A DNA stretch of 63,884 nucleotides, filler included, from Octopus bimaculoides (lineage: Eukaryota), in NCBI RefSeq assembly GCF_001194135.2. It is 4 parts of 4 records of this genome, joined end to end, with 100 filler letters (N's around TTAATTAATTAA, not from the genome) between each part and the next. Parts side by side here need not be neighbours in the genome. Positions count along the whole stretch, not along the records: positions 12,579 to 27,324 come from NC_068985.1; 3 more parts are not named here. One strand, written 5' to 3'. This document shows, piece after piece, positions 13,549 to 27,324 of the stretch. Numbering within the stretch: position 1 is the first letter of the stretch; the number at the start of each line of letters is the position of its first letter. The notes below the pieces were generated by a model. It did not search any database and was not told where the DNA came from. It saw only the letters and a program-made list of their open reading frames with translations. The position numbers were made by a program, and so were the translations under genes.

Positions 13549-14062
13549 ACTAGATCTGTATACCATTTTAAGGCAAAATACATGTGTGTATATTTAAAAT
13601 TCTCCTCGTGTGTGGCACTCATTTGATGCAGTATCATTACTTTGTTTCACTTATCTATTTATTCCTGTTCTGCGTTTTAAACTAAAGCATGCTTTATCTC
13701 TCAATTTTAATGTGATATAATTGCATTCATAATTATGATTGCTGTACGTGTTTTTTATAACAGTTTATTAGGAAGATGAGCTTCATAGTGTTCCTATAAT
13801 GCCAGATTCGTGAAGCTTCTCTATATCATACAGTAGGGAGTTGAAGTGAGTCATATGGAAAGATGTAAAATCTATGAATTTAAATGGCGTTGAATACCAG
13901 CACAGACACGTTCCAATAAATTTGTGATTGACACGAATTACAATTATAGAATTTTGATATGTATATGTGTGTGTGTGTGTGTGTGTTTGTGTGTGTGTTT
14001 GTGTTTGCGTGTGTGTGTTTGTGTTTGTGTGTGTTTGTGTTTGTGTGTGTGTGTGTGTGTGT

Positions 14063-14097
<35 letters not shown>

Positions 14098-14390
14098 CGT
14101 GTGCGAGTTTGAGTGTAACATTTGGGAAAAGGACTCTATTCTCATTTCATACTGTCTATTATAGTTATTGAAGTTGTACTACAGCTATCATACACTGAAC
14201 TGTTTCCGAAATATTTATACGGCTGCGGCCTGTTATTCATAGAAGCTGTCGGTAAATTCAATTATGTATTATGTTGTAAATCTACAGGAAAAATATAAGT
14301 ATGATGGCATTGATAGACATACGCAACTTCATATCACAAAGCACGTTAATATTCAGTCCTTTAGAGACGAGGTAATAAAATAGAAGCAAA

Positions 14391-14798
14391 TTACGCTGAA
14401 TATGAAGTGGATGCTAGCAGCAAAAGGAATATCAAACTAATTCTGATATGTACTACGTCTGGGAAGCCAGTTATCAGCGAAACGAAATATATAATGATAT
14501 TAGTGAGCTGTCCAAGGCAGTAAACTAGCAGAATCGCCAGTACGGCGCTTATTGTGCTTAGCGGCATTTCATCCGTCTTTGCTTTGAGTTCACATTCTGC
14601 CGAGAATTTACCTTTCAAGCTTTCATGGTTGGTGATAAGTACAAACTGAGCACTAAGGCCGACGTAATTGATTTTGATACTAACCCGAAATTGCTGGTAT
14701 TGTTCCCGAATTCCAAAGCAATATTGCTGCGCTGTTTCTATGGTTTGCGATGCGCAATTAATTGTCTCATTCAGAGCAATATTGTAGTCAGTGTTATC
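14391..14798 (-). CDS. Candidate coding exon of a membrane protein (possibly family B/adhesion-like 7TM, TM1-TM2 region)
   Basis: 136 stop-free codons in non-repetitive DNA (hand-translated beyond the ORF track): Cys/Asn-containing polar segment, then LSTISAVLAILLVYCLGQLTNIIIYFV and VVHIRISLIFLLLLAS. Possible donor GC|GTAATT at 14395/14394. No start codon and only a weak acceptor. Confidence 0.3.
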   Translation of the reverse strand, partial: DNTDYNIALNETINCASQTIETAQQYCFGIREQYQQFRVSIKINYVGLSAQFVLITNHESLKGKFSAECELKAKTDEMPLSTISAVLAILLVYCLGQLTNIIIYFVSLITGFPDVVHIRISLIFLLLLASTSYSA

Positions 14799-14961
14799 TT
14801 ATGCTAGGATGCATTCTAGTTTCCACAATGTGTTCTAAAAAATAACGAGCTTTCTATCATATCCACACGTTTGCTAACGACATTGGATTTCAATTTTGTT
14901 TCAGATGAAGTATAGTCGGAGGAAGATCATTCTTTGTAAATACATGTTGAGTCACGATAAC

Positions 14962-15031
<70 letters not shown>

Positions 15032-15467
15032 AATTCGTGCAGATGGGAGAGACTTATATATTGGTATATCGATGTATATTTAATGATTGTTTAAAAATAT
15101 TGGTGCTATTTATTGAAGAAGTAATCCTGAGGCGTCATCGAGAAGTCATGTTGTATAAACATTTATATTCCGCATCAATAGATGTCACCTGGATACGTGT
15201 GACAATATATTATAAGGGGACATTCTATCGAACAATGCCAGTATGGAAATGTCAGATATTAAAAGTGTCGATGACGAACAGATTCATGTCGATGGTGATG
15301 ACAACTATGTTGTTGACGATATGATAAAGTGCACGTGATGATGACAGTAATGAGGTTAGTACAAGAAAAGATCCATGAGAAGATAATTGCGTTGGTTTTC
15401 TCGTTGGGATAATCGACAACTACGAAAGTGACGACAGTGGAAACCATAAAGGAGAACAAGATGATAT

Positions 15468-15720
15468 GATGATGACGACGATGATGATGATGATGATGAT
15501 GATGATGACGACGACGACGACGACGACGATGATGATGATAATGGTGGTGGTGGTGATGGTGGTGATGATGATGATGGTGATGATGATGATGACGATGATG
15601 ATGATGACAGCGATGATGACGATGACAATGACGACGACGACGACGACGATGATGATGATGATGATGATGATGATCATGATCATGATGATGGCGGTGGTGA
15701 TAATAATAATCATGATGACG
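15468..15720. repeat. (GAT/GAC/GGT)n trinucleotide repeat
   Basis: Directly visible; explains the poly-S/I/M ORFs. Confidence 0.95.
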
Positions 15721-17477
15721 GTGAAGATGCTAATATTAAAAACCGAAAAATAATTTACTCATCTGCACGATCATATGTGGTTGATGCTAGTAAAGGCGTT
15801 AGTGATGATGTAATTGATTATCGATCTATTGCCGGAGACATGAATGCTTAAGAAATGTAAAAGACAAGGTGTGGTTCTTGTAGATACATTTGAAAATGTT
15901 TAAAGCGAAAATGATTAAAATAACGTAATCGGCTTCCGTTTCTTCGTATTATTTGCTAGCGGCCGACTATCAAACGTATCCGATACGCAATTCACCTCCC
16001 TTTCAAATAGACAGCCATCTCATAATGTTTGAACTACCATTGACTGAATGTTGTCAATATATTCAAACTTACCTGAAACTTATTCACAAAATATGCTTCC
16101 TGCTATTGCATAATTATTGAACTTGAAAATCTCGATACATCAAAGAACACGGCTAGTTAATATTATATGCTACTCCTTCCTTTATATCCTAATAATCATT
16201 GCTTGGACAGCATTTCTAATTCCGTTCCACAATGTGCGAAATTTAATTGAAATTCTTTCAGCGCGTCTCTTCTATTGGTCCAGATCAGAATTCTTTTAGA
16301 TTTGCATTTCATTGGTTGAAGGCAATTGATATGGAATCTTTAATATATTCTTTCATTGTTATTGGAAGGAACCATAACTATTCTCAGACTGATTAAAACT
16401 AAGCCGTGCATCTTTGATTTCAGTTTCTTTGTGTACACGAAATGGCCATCCGAAATCCCTTCAGAAAACATTCTCCAATTCGAATTGGTATAAAGATTCT
16501 TTCGGTTTTCTATCAGCTTTTATCTAAGCAGTAGATATGATTAAATAAAGCATCATATCCATTCAATTCATTCGCCCTTAATCTTTACTCAAAGGCTCGC
16601 TATTGTACCATCCAAGCGTATTATCCATAAACAAATAAATATATTCGTGTAATCTAGATGTTTGCTAGTGTACATTTCACTGGCACACAGAGAAAAAGCC
16701 GATATATATAGAGTGGTACTGGTGACATGGCGAATATATTTTATATACTTTCAGTTTGATATGGATAATATTGCATTCAATATATTTTCTGAGAATCAGA
16801 ATCTAATTTTGTATTCATATTTCCCTTGTGAGACAGCACCTGGAAGCCATATTGTGTATACACACGAAATGTAATCTATGATCTTGTCAACTAACGTACG
16901 ACAATTTCATCCCCAAAGTATAAAATGATGGAAAATTTTTAAAAACGTTTACGCACAATACAAACTGATTCTCATCTTTGAAGATGCTGACCGCAATATC
17001 TGATGTGTAGCAGAACGTTTATTGGAGATTTTAAACCGAGAAACCAATTACGTCGTTTTCGACACCATTAAATATATATTGCATGTGGATCCATCAAAGG
17101 ATGTGTCGCAGGTATGCGTTCATGGTGTAAGGTCATGTTCGATTATCTCCCCTATAAGGCTTTCCAGATACCTTCCGGTGCAAACGAAGCATGCTAACAC
17201 CTATGACACGTCTTTATATCTTAGTAGTATATATCTCACTCATTATATGAAACCAACATCAAACATATTCGAACATTAGGAAACAGCAGCGGAGTTTATT
17301 CTAAATTCCCTCTATACACATAAAGATATAAGACGCTAACTTCTTTTCTTTTTTCTTTTCATTTTTCACGATCACAGTATATACATATGGATATCTGTGT
17401 GTCTTTGTGTATATCAATGCATTTATGTGTATGTATAACTATGTGTGTATGTGTGTGTGTGTGTGTGTGAAGGCATA

Positions 17478-17520
<43 letters not shown>

Positions 17521-17599
17521 NNNNNNNNNNNNNNNNNNNNNNNNNNNNNNNNNNNNNNNNNNNNNNNNNNNNNNNNNNNNNNNNNNNNNNNNNNNNNNN

Positions 17600-17657
<58 letters not shown>

Positions 17658-17777
17658 TGTGTGTGTGTGAGTGAGTGTATGTGAGTGTGTGTGTGTGTGT
17701 GAGTATGTGTGTGTGAGTGTGTGTGTGTGTTTATGTTTGTACGTGTATGTATATTTATATGTTCATATACGTGTGTG

Positions 17778-17918
17778 TGCTCATTGTCTTTGGCAATTAT
17801 TGTTTTTATTTCACCGTAGCTTAGTGTTTCGTCAAAAGTAACTCACATGACAAGTGCCAGATCTTAAAGTTAAGTACCAGATGCACCAGCATGGCCGCAG
17901 TCCAATGACTGAAATAAG
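17778..17918 (+). mobile_element. SINE family A 3' fragment, diverged
   Basis: ccgtagcttagtgtttcg...ccagcatggccgcagtccaatgactgaaataag. Confidence 0.7.
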
Positions 17919-19257
17919 CACTATACATACATACATGTTGTGGATACAATATATATATATATATTGTATCCACAGTGTCTATATTATCTAACACGTTTCA
18001 AGAGTATGTGATTCCATACTTTTCCAACTTTCTTCCAATTACTCAGCGGCAATAGTTAAAACGGTCCATTAATCATCAGAATCCAACTATTTGAGAAGCT
18101 TGACACCTTTAACTTACAATCTGTTCGCTCTGCTTTGGCTGGAAGACAATAAATGTTCTCATATTTACGAGTTACAGATGCAATTAGGAACATTAAAGAG
18201 AAAGCAAAAAAAAACACCAAAAAAACTAACAGAATTAAGTTGACGTATCCAGTAAGGAAGTAATATGAGAGAAGTGAATTAAAATACACAGTATTCGGTG
18301 ACAGGAAGCTGGAGCTAATAAATCATGCAGCTCAACGATTATTTTATCACACTTTTGGAAAGGAAGTATCTACAACTGTAACCATTTGGTCAAATTGAAT
18401 CCCAAAAAGACCCGAAAAATAAACAAAAAAGAACTGGTTATCATTTTCAAAGTGTCGAACGATTCATCAGTTTCGTGTAACGTTCACACATTAAAGCACA
18501 GTAATACTGTATTGAAATTTCTTCCCGGAATAAATTACAGAACTTTCTGTGCAACGTAATGTTTTAAACGGATTGGGATAGTGATTTTTCGAGAAAACAT
18601 AATGAGGACTAAATGCGGCATATTCTTTTTTATAGGTTTCTCTTTTTTTTTTAATTCCATATTAACCTCTAAAGAAACAGATATTTAATCGAAGACATTC
18701 CAGCAATGATTATAAGTTTTTTCATATAATTTCACTGAAGTGTCCGGTTGTTATTCTGCAAGATTCTCCCGATCAAATCCACCATTAGCTCATAAGGAAT
18801 CCTAAATTTCAGGGAATTCTTTCAAAATTGCATTACTTTGGTGTTTCTTCTCTTCCTTAATAGTATTGGTTTCAAACCAGCCTCATTAGCAAATGAAAGA
18901 TTTTCTTGAATTATTACATTCATATATTATGAGATTGAAATTCGCTTGATGTGACGTAGATGGCAAGATATTGTGAGTTTTAGGTCGGAACTAAATAAAT
19001 CATTACAGGTTGCTTTGAAGAACATCATCACACGTATGTATAATGTAGACTAATTCCCACACGGAAGCGTGAAATGATGTTACATATATGTGCCTATGTA
19101 CACATATATTCACACACACACAGACACACACACACAAACAAACAAACACACACACACACACACATACACACGTGCATACAAACATTCATAAACAATAAAT
19201 GCGTGACTGGCTTGTTTCCATGTGTGAGTTGGTGTAAACAAATGATAAACTGAAGCA

Positions 19258-19903
19258 AAGCGGCGAGCTGGCAGAATCGTTGGCACGCCAGGCGAAATGC
19301 TTAGCGGTATTTTGTCTGTCACTACGTTTTGAGTTCAAATTCCGCCGAGGTCGACTTAGCTTTTCATCCTTTCGGGGTCGATTAATTAGTACCAGTTGCG
19401 CACTGTGGTTGATGTAATCGACTTAATTCCTTTGTTTGTCCGCTCTATGTTTGGCCCCTTGTGGGTAATAATGAAATAAGAAACGTTAGCATGCCGCCTG
19501 AAATGCTTAGTGGTATTTCGTCTATCTTTACATTCTGAGTTCAGATTCCACCGAGGTCGACTTCGCCTTTCATCCTTTCTTGGTCAATAAATTAAGTTCA
19601 TGTTGTGTACATGGGTCGATCTAGCTCTCTCCCCCAAAATTTCGGGCCTTGTGCCTAGATTAGAAAAGAATATTTTCTTCGCTGAAAGGCGGTGAGCTGG
19701 CAGAAAACTTAGGACGCCGGGCGAAATGGTTAGTCATATATCGTCTGTCCCCACGTTCTGAATTCAAGTTCCGCCGAGGTCAACTTTGCCTTTTGTCCTT
19801 TCGCAGTCGATAAATTGAGTACCACTTGAGTACTTGGATCGATTTAATCGACTGCACCCTCCCCCAAAATTCGTGCCTTGTGCCTGGAGTAAAAAAGTAT
19901 ATT
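19258..19903 (+). mobile_element. Three tandem family B SINE units (dimer 19258-19674 plus monomer 19685-19903)
   Basis: Three successive B-box/GGTCGA central blocks; the dimer junction AAATAAGAAACGTTAGC recurs at 62.65 kb. Confidence 0.88.
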
Positions 19904-21233
19904 TTCTTCACTGTAATTCCTCTGTTGAGTTCTGTTACGAGTATTCATGCAGTTCTTTGTTCATAACAAGCAATATTCACTTAAACTCGTTCTCTGTCTT
20001 TACACAAGCAAGCAAGTGCGTATAAATATATAATATAACACACGAGAACTTTTGATTCTTCACACAAAATCCATGATTTAGTTTTCACTGAGATTAACAA
20101 AGACCTGCTTCCTTTTTGAAATGCCATCAACTACTACACAGCTCTCCGTATGCGTTTAAACATCCAGCCATGCATATCCTTCCTATTGAAGCCTGTATCT
20201 ATAAATCTTCATATTTTTGTTAGGTATTTGTAGTGTGTCTGATATTTATTGCTACTAATTCCCATCCTTAGATGTGTATATCAACAATCTTATGTCACCA
20301 ACTGAAATCATATTGATGATAAAGAGCGATTCAGCCATGATCAATTCGTTTTACTTTACAGCAATATATAACTAGAATTACACTATTAAAATGTGATGTA
20401 AGACTGCATAATGAGATTACCGTTTGCTGTGGAGGAGATCAGGAGAATATTTTTAACCTTTTGTATAATCAGTCAAGAATCCTAAGTAAGGTTTACCAAA
20501 AACAATGTTTCTGTTTGATCAAGGGAGAAATGTTTGCTTATTCCAATTTTTTCTCCTTTACAAAGAATACATTCTGCAAGTACACATATGGCTAACCAGT
20601 ATACTTCCAAGTCACTTTCGATACAGAGAGTATTATTCGTGTGCAGGATTTCTTTATCCAAGATTTTTTAAACAAAGAAAATAAAATTGTCGCAGCTCCG
20701 TTATCTTCAGCAGATATTTCTATACAGTAAAATTCTTTCTTTAACTTTTGAAATACGCCTGTATATAGAAGAGAAATAACAGTTTGATCTTTACAAACCT
20801 GCATTCCATTTTACTAAGTTATTTCAAAAGACAACTAAATTGAATTAAAAACGGATCACTTAACAAAACTACACGTCTTTATCTAAAATAAAGAAGGACA
20901 AAAACAAAAGAAAAATAAACAACATCTAAGCTAATATATATGCTCTTTTTTATTGAATTGAGTTGCATCATATGTATTATATATTTTTGTTGGGGAATAC
21001 TAAATACCCATAAGAAAATACCATGCGCTTATAAGAAAATAGTGTGCAGCCCGCTGCAGTTTTCTTTGCAATGTAGGATGGTGACTGTTTGAAATGTCAA
21101 AAGTAAAACCGAAGTTTATCATCTGATGTTCATTTCTCACACGACACTGAATACACAAGCACGCACATTCTAATATTACATGCCTATATACATACACATG
21201 TGCATATGTACGTGCATGGATGAATTTTTATAA

Positions 21234-21264
<31 letters not shown>

Positions 21265-22431
21265 TAAATGTATATATATATATATATANNNNNNNNNNNN
21301 NNNNNNNNNNNNNNNNNNNNNNNNNNNNNNNNNNNNNNNNNNNNNNNNNNNNNNNNNNNNNNNNNNNNNNNNNNNNNNNNNNNNNNNNNNNNNNNNNNNN
21401 NNNNNNNNNNNNNNNNNNNNNNNNNNNNNNNNNNNNNNNNNNNNNNNNNNNNNNNNNNNNNNNNNNNNNNNNNNNNNNNNNNNNNNNNNNNNNNNNNNNN
21501 NNNNNNNNNNNNNNNNNNNNNNNNNNNNNNNNNNNNNNNNNNNNNNNNNNNNNNNNNNNNNNNNNNNNNNNNNNNNNNNNNNNNNNNNNNNNNNNNNNNN
21601 NNNNNNNNNNNNNNNNNNNNNNNNNNNNNNNNNNNNNNNNNNNNNNNNNNNNNNNNNNNNNNNNNNNNNNNNNNNNNNNNNNNNNNNNNNNNNNNNNNNN
21701 NNNNNNNNNNNNNNNNNNNNNNNNNNNNNNNNNNNNNNNNNNNNNNNNNNNNNNNNNNNNNNNNNNNNNNNNNNNNNNNNNNNNNNNNNNNNNNNNNNNN
21801 NNNNNNNNNNNNNNNNNNNNNNNNNNNNNNNNNNNNNNNNNNNNNNNNNNNNNNNNNNNNNNNNNNNNNNNNNNNNNNNNNNNNNNNNNNNNNNNNNNAT
21901 ATATATATATATATATATATATATACTTCCAGGAAGTAATTTTCCCCCTCCCTCTCCTCGGACCTTTGCAGAGCAGCCAAATCTCCCTCAAAACTCCTTA
22001 ATGTATTAATGCGACAATTCTGGGTATTATGTAGTTTGAATGAGAAACTGTAAGGCTCGCGAACAACTGGTTGTATTAACGGTCGAAGAAAATGGAATTG
22101 CATCACAAAAAAGTCTTAATCGCTGTTCTCGGTATGTATGGAGGCTAGGAAAAAATAGAAGAGGCCTTAAGAAGTTGATGTTAAGAATTGCTTTAACAGA
22201 AAGTGAAGCTGTAAGAATTAACATGGAAATTGTATGTAAGACTTTATAGCCGACGTATCCAATTTAAGAAATGTGAAGATAAAAGCTAAGTGAAAAATAT
22301 GGAATAAGTAATTGTTATGCACTTATAGGAAAATAATTTATATTATAGAATAGATATATACGTGTTGAAGACTAAAATGTGTGTGAGAGCTATTGTATTG
22401 AGCGTGTGTATAATCATAGAGAAAATGAAAT

Positions 22432-22587
22432 GAACGTGTGAGTTCAAATTCCGCCGTGTTCGAATTTGCCTTTCTCCCTTTCGGAGTCGATAAATTAAGT
22501 ACCAGTTTCGTACTGGAGTCAATCTAATCAACTGGCTCACTCCCACCAAAATCTTCCGGCTTTGTGTCTAGAGTAGAAAAGATTATT
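22432..22587 (+). mobile_element. SINE family B, 5'-truncated
   Basis: gagttcaaattccgcc...gtcgataaattaagtaccag...gagtagaaaagattatt. Confidence 0.8.
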
Positions 22588-23106
22588 TGTATGCGGTGAT
22601 TAGTATAATATAGAGTGCCATAGAATTAACTACCTATTTCCATCAAATGGTGTAAATAAAAAAAAATGAAAAAAAAAATCTCATAGAAGCGTATTTTCTC
22701 ATGTTGACTATACATGCTGTTCTATATTTTACAAATATTCACCCATATATGCAATGTTGTAACCTTGTGCAATCTTCGGAATAATTGATCATCAGAAAAT
22801 CCTAAAATCGCATGTTGATTCTAATCCCTGTTCTAATTTAATTTTCACGTGTGACCGTAAAGTTTTTTCTACAAATATTTATAATAATCACAGGACAAAT
22901 TATTTCTACATTCTTCGAAGAGTGTTGTTCATGAAAATATGGTGTATGTTGATCCCTTGTGCATTCGAAAATGTGATTGAAGTTTCGTGATGTTGGACAA
23001 ATTTTGTGCAAACACAGACATGAACACTCATTTCAATATATGCGTTTCAAATAATTTCACGTTCATTCTCAGACAATCTAAAATATAATAATATAAACTG
23101 ATAATT

Positions 23107-23522
23107 ATTTACATTATTTACATTATTTACATTTGACGGATATTTGTCCTCGTCTTGTTTGTTATTAACATAACGTTTAGGTTGATACACCCTCCAGCCT
23201 TCGTAAGATGTCTTGGGGCATGTGGCATAGTGGTTAAGAATGCGGGCAACTAACTAAACCCAATATTCCGAGTTCGATTCCAGGCAGTGACCTGAATAAA
23301 AAAAAAAATCATATTAATGACATCGAAAAATAACTTTGGAATGAGAAACCAGGTTCGAAATTTTCCCCAATACACTAGATGAAGTCTGGAAGGTATATCA
23401 GCCGAAACGTTGTGTTAACAACAAACAAGATGAGGACAAATATCCTTCAAATGTAAATAATGTAACTAAGGTAAATGATGTAAAGAATGTACATAATTTC
23501 TCATCTCTTAAATATAGAATTG
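23107..23522 (+). mobile_element. Family C element (23216-23522) preceded by an inverted copy of its own 3' part (23107-23215); 15-bp flanking direct repeat
   Basis: TATAAACTGATAATT at 23092-23106 and 23523-23537; tRNA head at ~23216-23290; hammerhead core mutated (TAGATGA). Confidence 0.88.
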
Positions 23523-23599
23523 TATAAACTGATAATTCAATGTCAAACACTTACTGGATAGTTTGACGGAGAATTATCACTTCGAGGGTTTAAGGCACT

Positions 23600-23822
23600 T
23601 TACTTTATACGCTGACCATGAAATTAAAAGAGAACCTGATATTACCATTTTGGACAAGGTGCCAGAAGAGTAGGTCATCATAGATACGGTTGTGTCCACT
23701 GATATAAATGTAGGGTTAAAGAACGGAAGGACACCGCAATGAGTGTAGAGAACTTCTGGAAAAGTAATCGCTCTAGTTTTAGTCGACCCATATAGGGTTC
23801 CTAAGACATTTCGAAGTTACCT
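23600..23822 (+). pseudogene. Decayed RLE-type (R4/Dong-like) non-LTR retrotransposon endonuclease fragment
   Basis: Translates DHEIKREPDITILDK...*VIIDTVVSTDINV, similar to the DH.I..R.PDI...DK...IID motif also seen at 52915-53208. Confidence 0.5.
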
Positions 23823-26390
23823 TGTTGAGATTTCTGTAAATACGTTACCGACAATCGTTATTAAGAAAATCAAGTATTGTTGGAAATATCTACACGCTGG
23901 CATGCACCCAAACACACACGCACATACACACGCACGTATTATGCATCCTTGTGTGTATATATATGTATACATGTACGTATATGGTTGCGACGAACCAAAA
24001 CAATAAGCCACCACCAGAATAAAAAAAACCCACCCCCAAAAAAATACCATGCCCAGACTTCTTACATGTAATTCTAGGAAGAAGGTCGAATCTATACGTA
24101 TGTATAGTGAAATAAAATCGGTACTGATATATGTAATGGCATGATTACAAAGAGTCTGNNNNNNNNNNNNNNNNNNNNNNNNNNNNNNNNNNNNNNNNNN
24201 NNNNNNNNNNNNNNNNNNNNNNNNNNNNNNNNNNNNNNNNNNNNNNNNNNNNNNNNNNNNNNNNNNNNNNNNNNNNNNNNNNNNNNNNNNNNNNNNNNNN
24301 NNNNNNNNNNNNNNNNNNNNNNNNNNNNNNNNNNNNNNNNNNNNNNNNNNNNNNNNNNNNNNNNNNNNNNNNNNNNNNNNNNNNNNNNNNNNNNNNNNNN
24401 NNNNNNNNNNNNNNNNNNNNNNNNNNNNNNNNNNNNNNNNNNNNNNNNNNNNNNNNNNNNNNNNNNNNNNNNNNNNNNNNNNNNNNNNNNNNNNNNNNNN
24501 NNNNNNNNNNNNNNNNNNNNNNNNNNNNNNNNNNNNNNNNNNNNNNNNNNNNNNNNNNNNNNNNNNNNNNNNNNNNNNNNNNNNNNNNNNNNNNNNNNNN
24601 NNNNNNNNNNNNNNNNNNNNNNNNNNNNNNNNNNNNNNNNNNNNNNNNNNNNNNNNNNNNNNNNNNNNNNNNNNNNNNNNNNNNNNNNNNNNNNNNNNNN
24701 NNNNNNNNNNNNNNNNNNNNNNNNNNNNNNNNNNNNNNNNNNNNNNNNNNNNNNNNNNNNNNNNNNNNNNNNNNNNNNNNNNNNNNNNNNNNNNNNNNNN
24801 NATATATATATATATATACATGTTTGTGTACGTGTATGTATATGTATGTATACATGTACGTATATGGTTGCGACGAACCAAAACAATAAGCCACCACCAG
24901 AATAAAAAAAACCCACCCCCAAAAAAATACCATGCCCAGACTTCTTACATGTAATTCTAGGAAGAAGGTCGAATCTATACGTATGTATAGTGAAATAAAA
25001 TCGGTACTGATATATGTAATGGCATGATTACAAAGAGTCTGGCCCTATTTAATGCAGATTCTATTTACAAAATGCATCATTACCATACGTTTCACAAAAT
25101 ATATATTTACACAGGATACACATATCCGTAAATATGTTGACATCACTTTTCTTTTGCCTATAGATCGATGCATCCACATATATTCATACGACTTCATGCG
25201 CATGCAGCATCAATAGTCACGTCTCTGATATACATTAAGTTGTATATGTACTGAGGTTGCGTTTTAAACTTATGAACTGCAATACTTCTCAAGGTAAATT
25301 AAACCTGCAACTTTGTTCACGCTGTTTTTAATATACATTTGTTTTGTACATGACTAAGTAAAAACGTAACAAATATGCATCTACATACAAGCAGACAAAC
25401 ATACATTCATTCATATGTATGTATGTATATATATATATATATATATATANNNNNNNNNNNNNNNNNNNNNNNNNNNNNNNNNNNNNNNNNNNNNNNNNNN
25501 NNNNNNNNNNNNNNNNNNNNNNNNNNNNNNNNNNNNNNNNNNNNNNNNNNNNNNNNNNNNNNNNNNNNNNNNNNNNNNNNNNNNNNNNNNNNNNNNNNNN
25601 NNNNNNNNNNNNNNNNNNNNNNNNNNNNNNNNNNNNNNNNNNNNNNNNNNNNNNNNNNNNNNNNNNNNNNNNNNNNNNNNNNNNNNNNNNNNNNNNNNNN
25701 NNNNNNNNNNNNNNNNNNNNNNNNNNNNNNNNNNNNNNNNNNNNNNNNNNNNNNNNNNNNNNNNNNNNNNNNNNNNNNNNNNNNNNNNNNNNNNNNNNNN
25801 NNNNNNNNNNNNNNNNNNNNNNNNNNNNNNNNNNNNNNNNNNNNNNNNNNNNNNNNNNNNNNNNNNNNNNNNNNNNNNNNNNNNNNNNNNNNNNNNNNNN
25901 NNNNNNNNNNNNNNNNNNNNNNNNNNNNNNNNNNNNNNNNNNNNNNNNNNNNNNNNNNNNNNNNNNNNNNNNNNNNNNNNNNNNNNNNNNNNNNNNNNNN
26001 NNNNNNNNNNNNNNNNNNNNNNNNNNNNNNNNNNNNNNNNNNNNNNNNNNNNNNNNNNNNNNNNNNNNNNNNNNNNNNNNNNNNNNNNNNNNNNNNNNNN
26101 NNNNNNNNNNNNNNNNNNNNNNNNNNNNNNNNNNNNNNNNNNNNNNNNNNNNNNNNNNNNNNNNNNNNNNNNNNNNNNNNNNNNNNNNNNNNNNNNNNNN
26201 NNNNNNNNNNNNNNNNNNNNNNNNNNNNNNNNNNNNNNNNNNNNNNNNNNNNNNNNNNNNNNNNNNNNNNNNNNNNNNNNNNNNNNNNNNNNNNNNNNNN
26301 NNNNNNNNNNNNNNNNNNNNNNNNNNNNNNNNNNNNNNNNNNNNNNNNNNNNNNNNNNNNNNNNNNNNNNNNNNNNNNNNNNNNNNNNNN

Positions 26391-26421
<31 letters not shown>

Positions 26422-27106
26422 AAGATAACCCTTCTTCCATGCATGTTCTGCTATTTTAGTTTTACACACACCCACGCACGCACACTCACTTATATCAACG
26501 TGCACAGACGCGTACACACGCAGGCGCTCACACACACAGAAACACGCAACACATGAATGTACATATATATGTGTCGTATGTGTGTGAGTCTGTGCGCGTG
26601 TGTGTAACTGGAAATAGAAAAAGCCGCACCACAGGTCGTTGGTGTTTGCTTTTATTTACGGACACTGGAGAGACATGATTTGATTTACTTTAATCAATGT
26701 GCCCAGAATCGAAGTCAATTTCTTTATGACAATAATACCAAAATACTAATCACTAGAGCTCGTCGCTTTAACCACATTCACAAGTATGCAATATAAAACA
26801 CGCACACACACAGACACACATTCCGAAGCACGTGAAGCGTATAGAATAAATTGTGTAAGGAAATTTCATATTTCATCTTTTGATTGCTGTCTTCATTATT
26901 ATAGATCGCAGAGTATGAATGTTTCAAAATAAAATGATGGTCAGCGAAATAACTTCTATTCATTATATTTATTGTCTAAATCCAGCTAAGACTTGTTTTC
27001 CATCTTTTCTTTTCCCTCTCCAGAATCAGTATGAGACTATCACGCTGAAACTGCAAATTCCTATCATTTTTCTTCAAAAATTATTGTCTAATTCCCCTGT
27101 TTAATG

Positions 27107-27324
27107 TTACTTTTTTACTCTTTTAATTGTTTCAGTTATTTGACTGCGGCCGTGCTGGACCACAGACTTTAGTCGAGCAAATCGACGCCAGGACTTATTC
27201 TTTATAAGCCTAGTACTTATTCTATCGGTCTCTTTTGCCGAACCGCTAATTTACGGGGACGTAAACACACCAGCATCGGTTGTCAAGCGATGTTGGGGGA
27301 CAAACACAGACACACAAACATACA
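27107..27324 (-). mobile_element. SINE family A 3' half (head in gap)
   Basis: Reverse complement matches the tail of 28839-29226. Confidence 0.9.

Noticed and set aside
16067-16075. Perfect splice donor CAG|GTAAGT on the minus strand
   Set aside because: All three frames close within 30 nt upstream, and one such 9-mer is expected by chance.
18056-18289. Hydrophobic 77-aa ORF; similar short ORFs at 16117, 17022 and 20592
   Set aside because: Short, driven by T-rich composition, with no recognisable motif or convincing splice pair.
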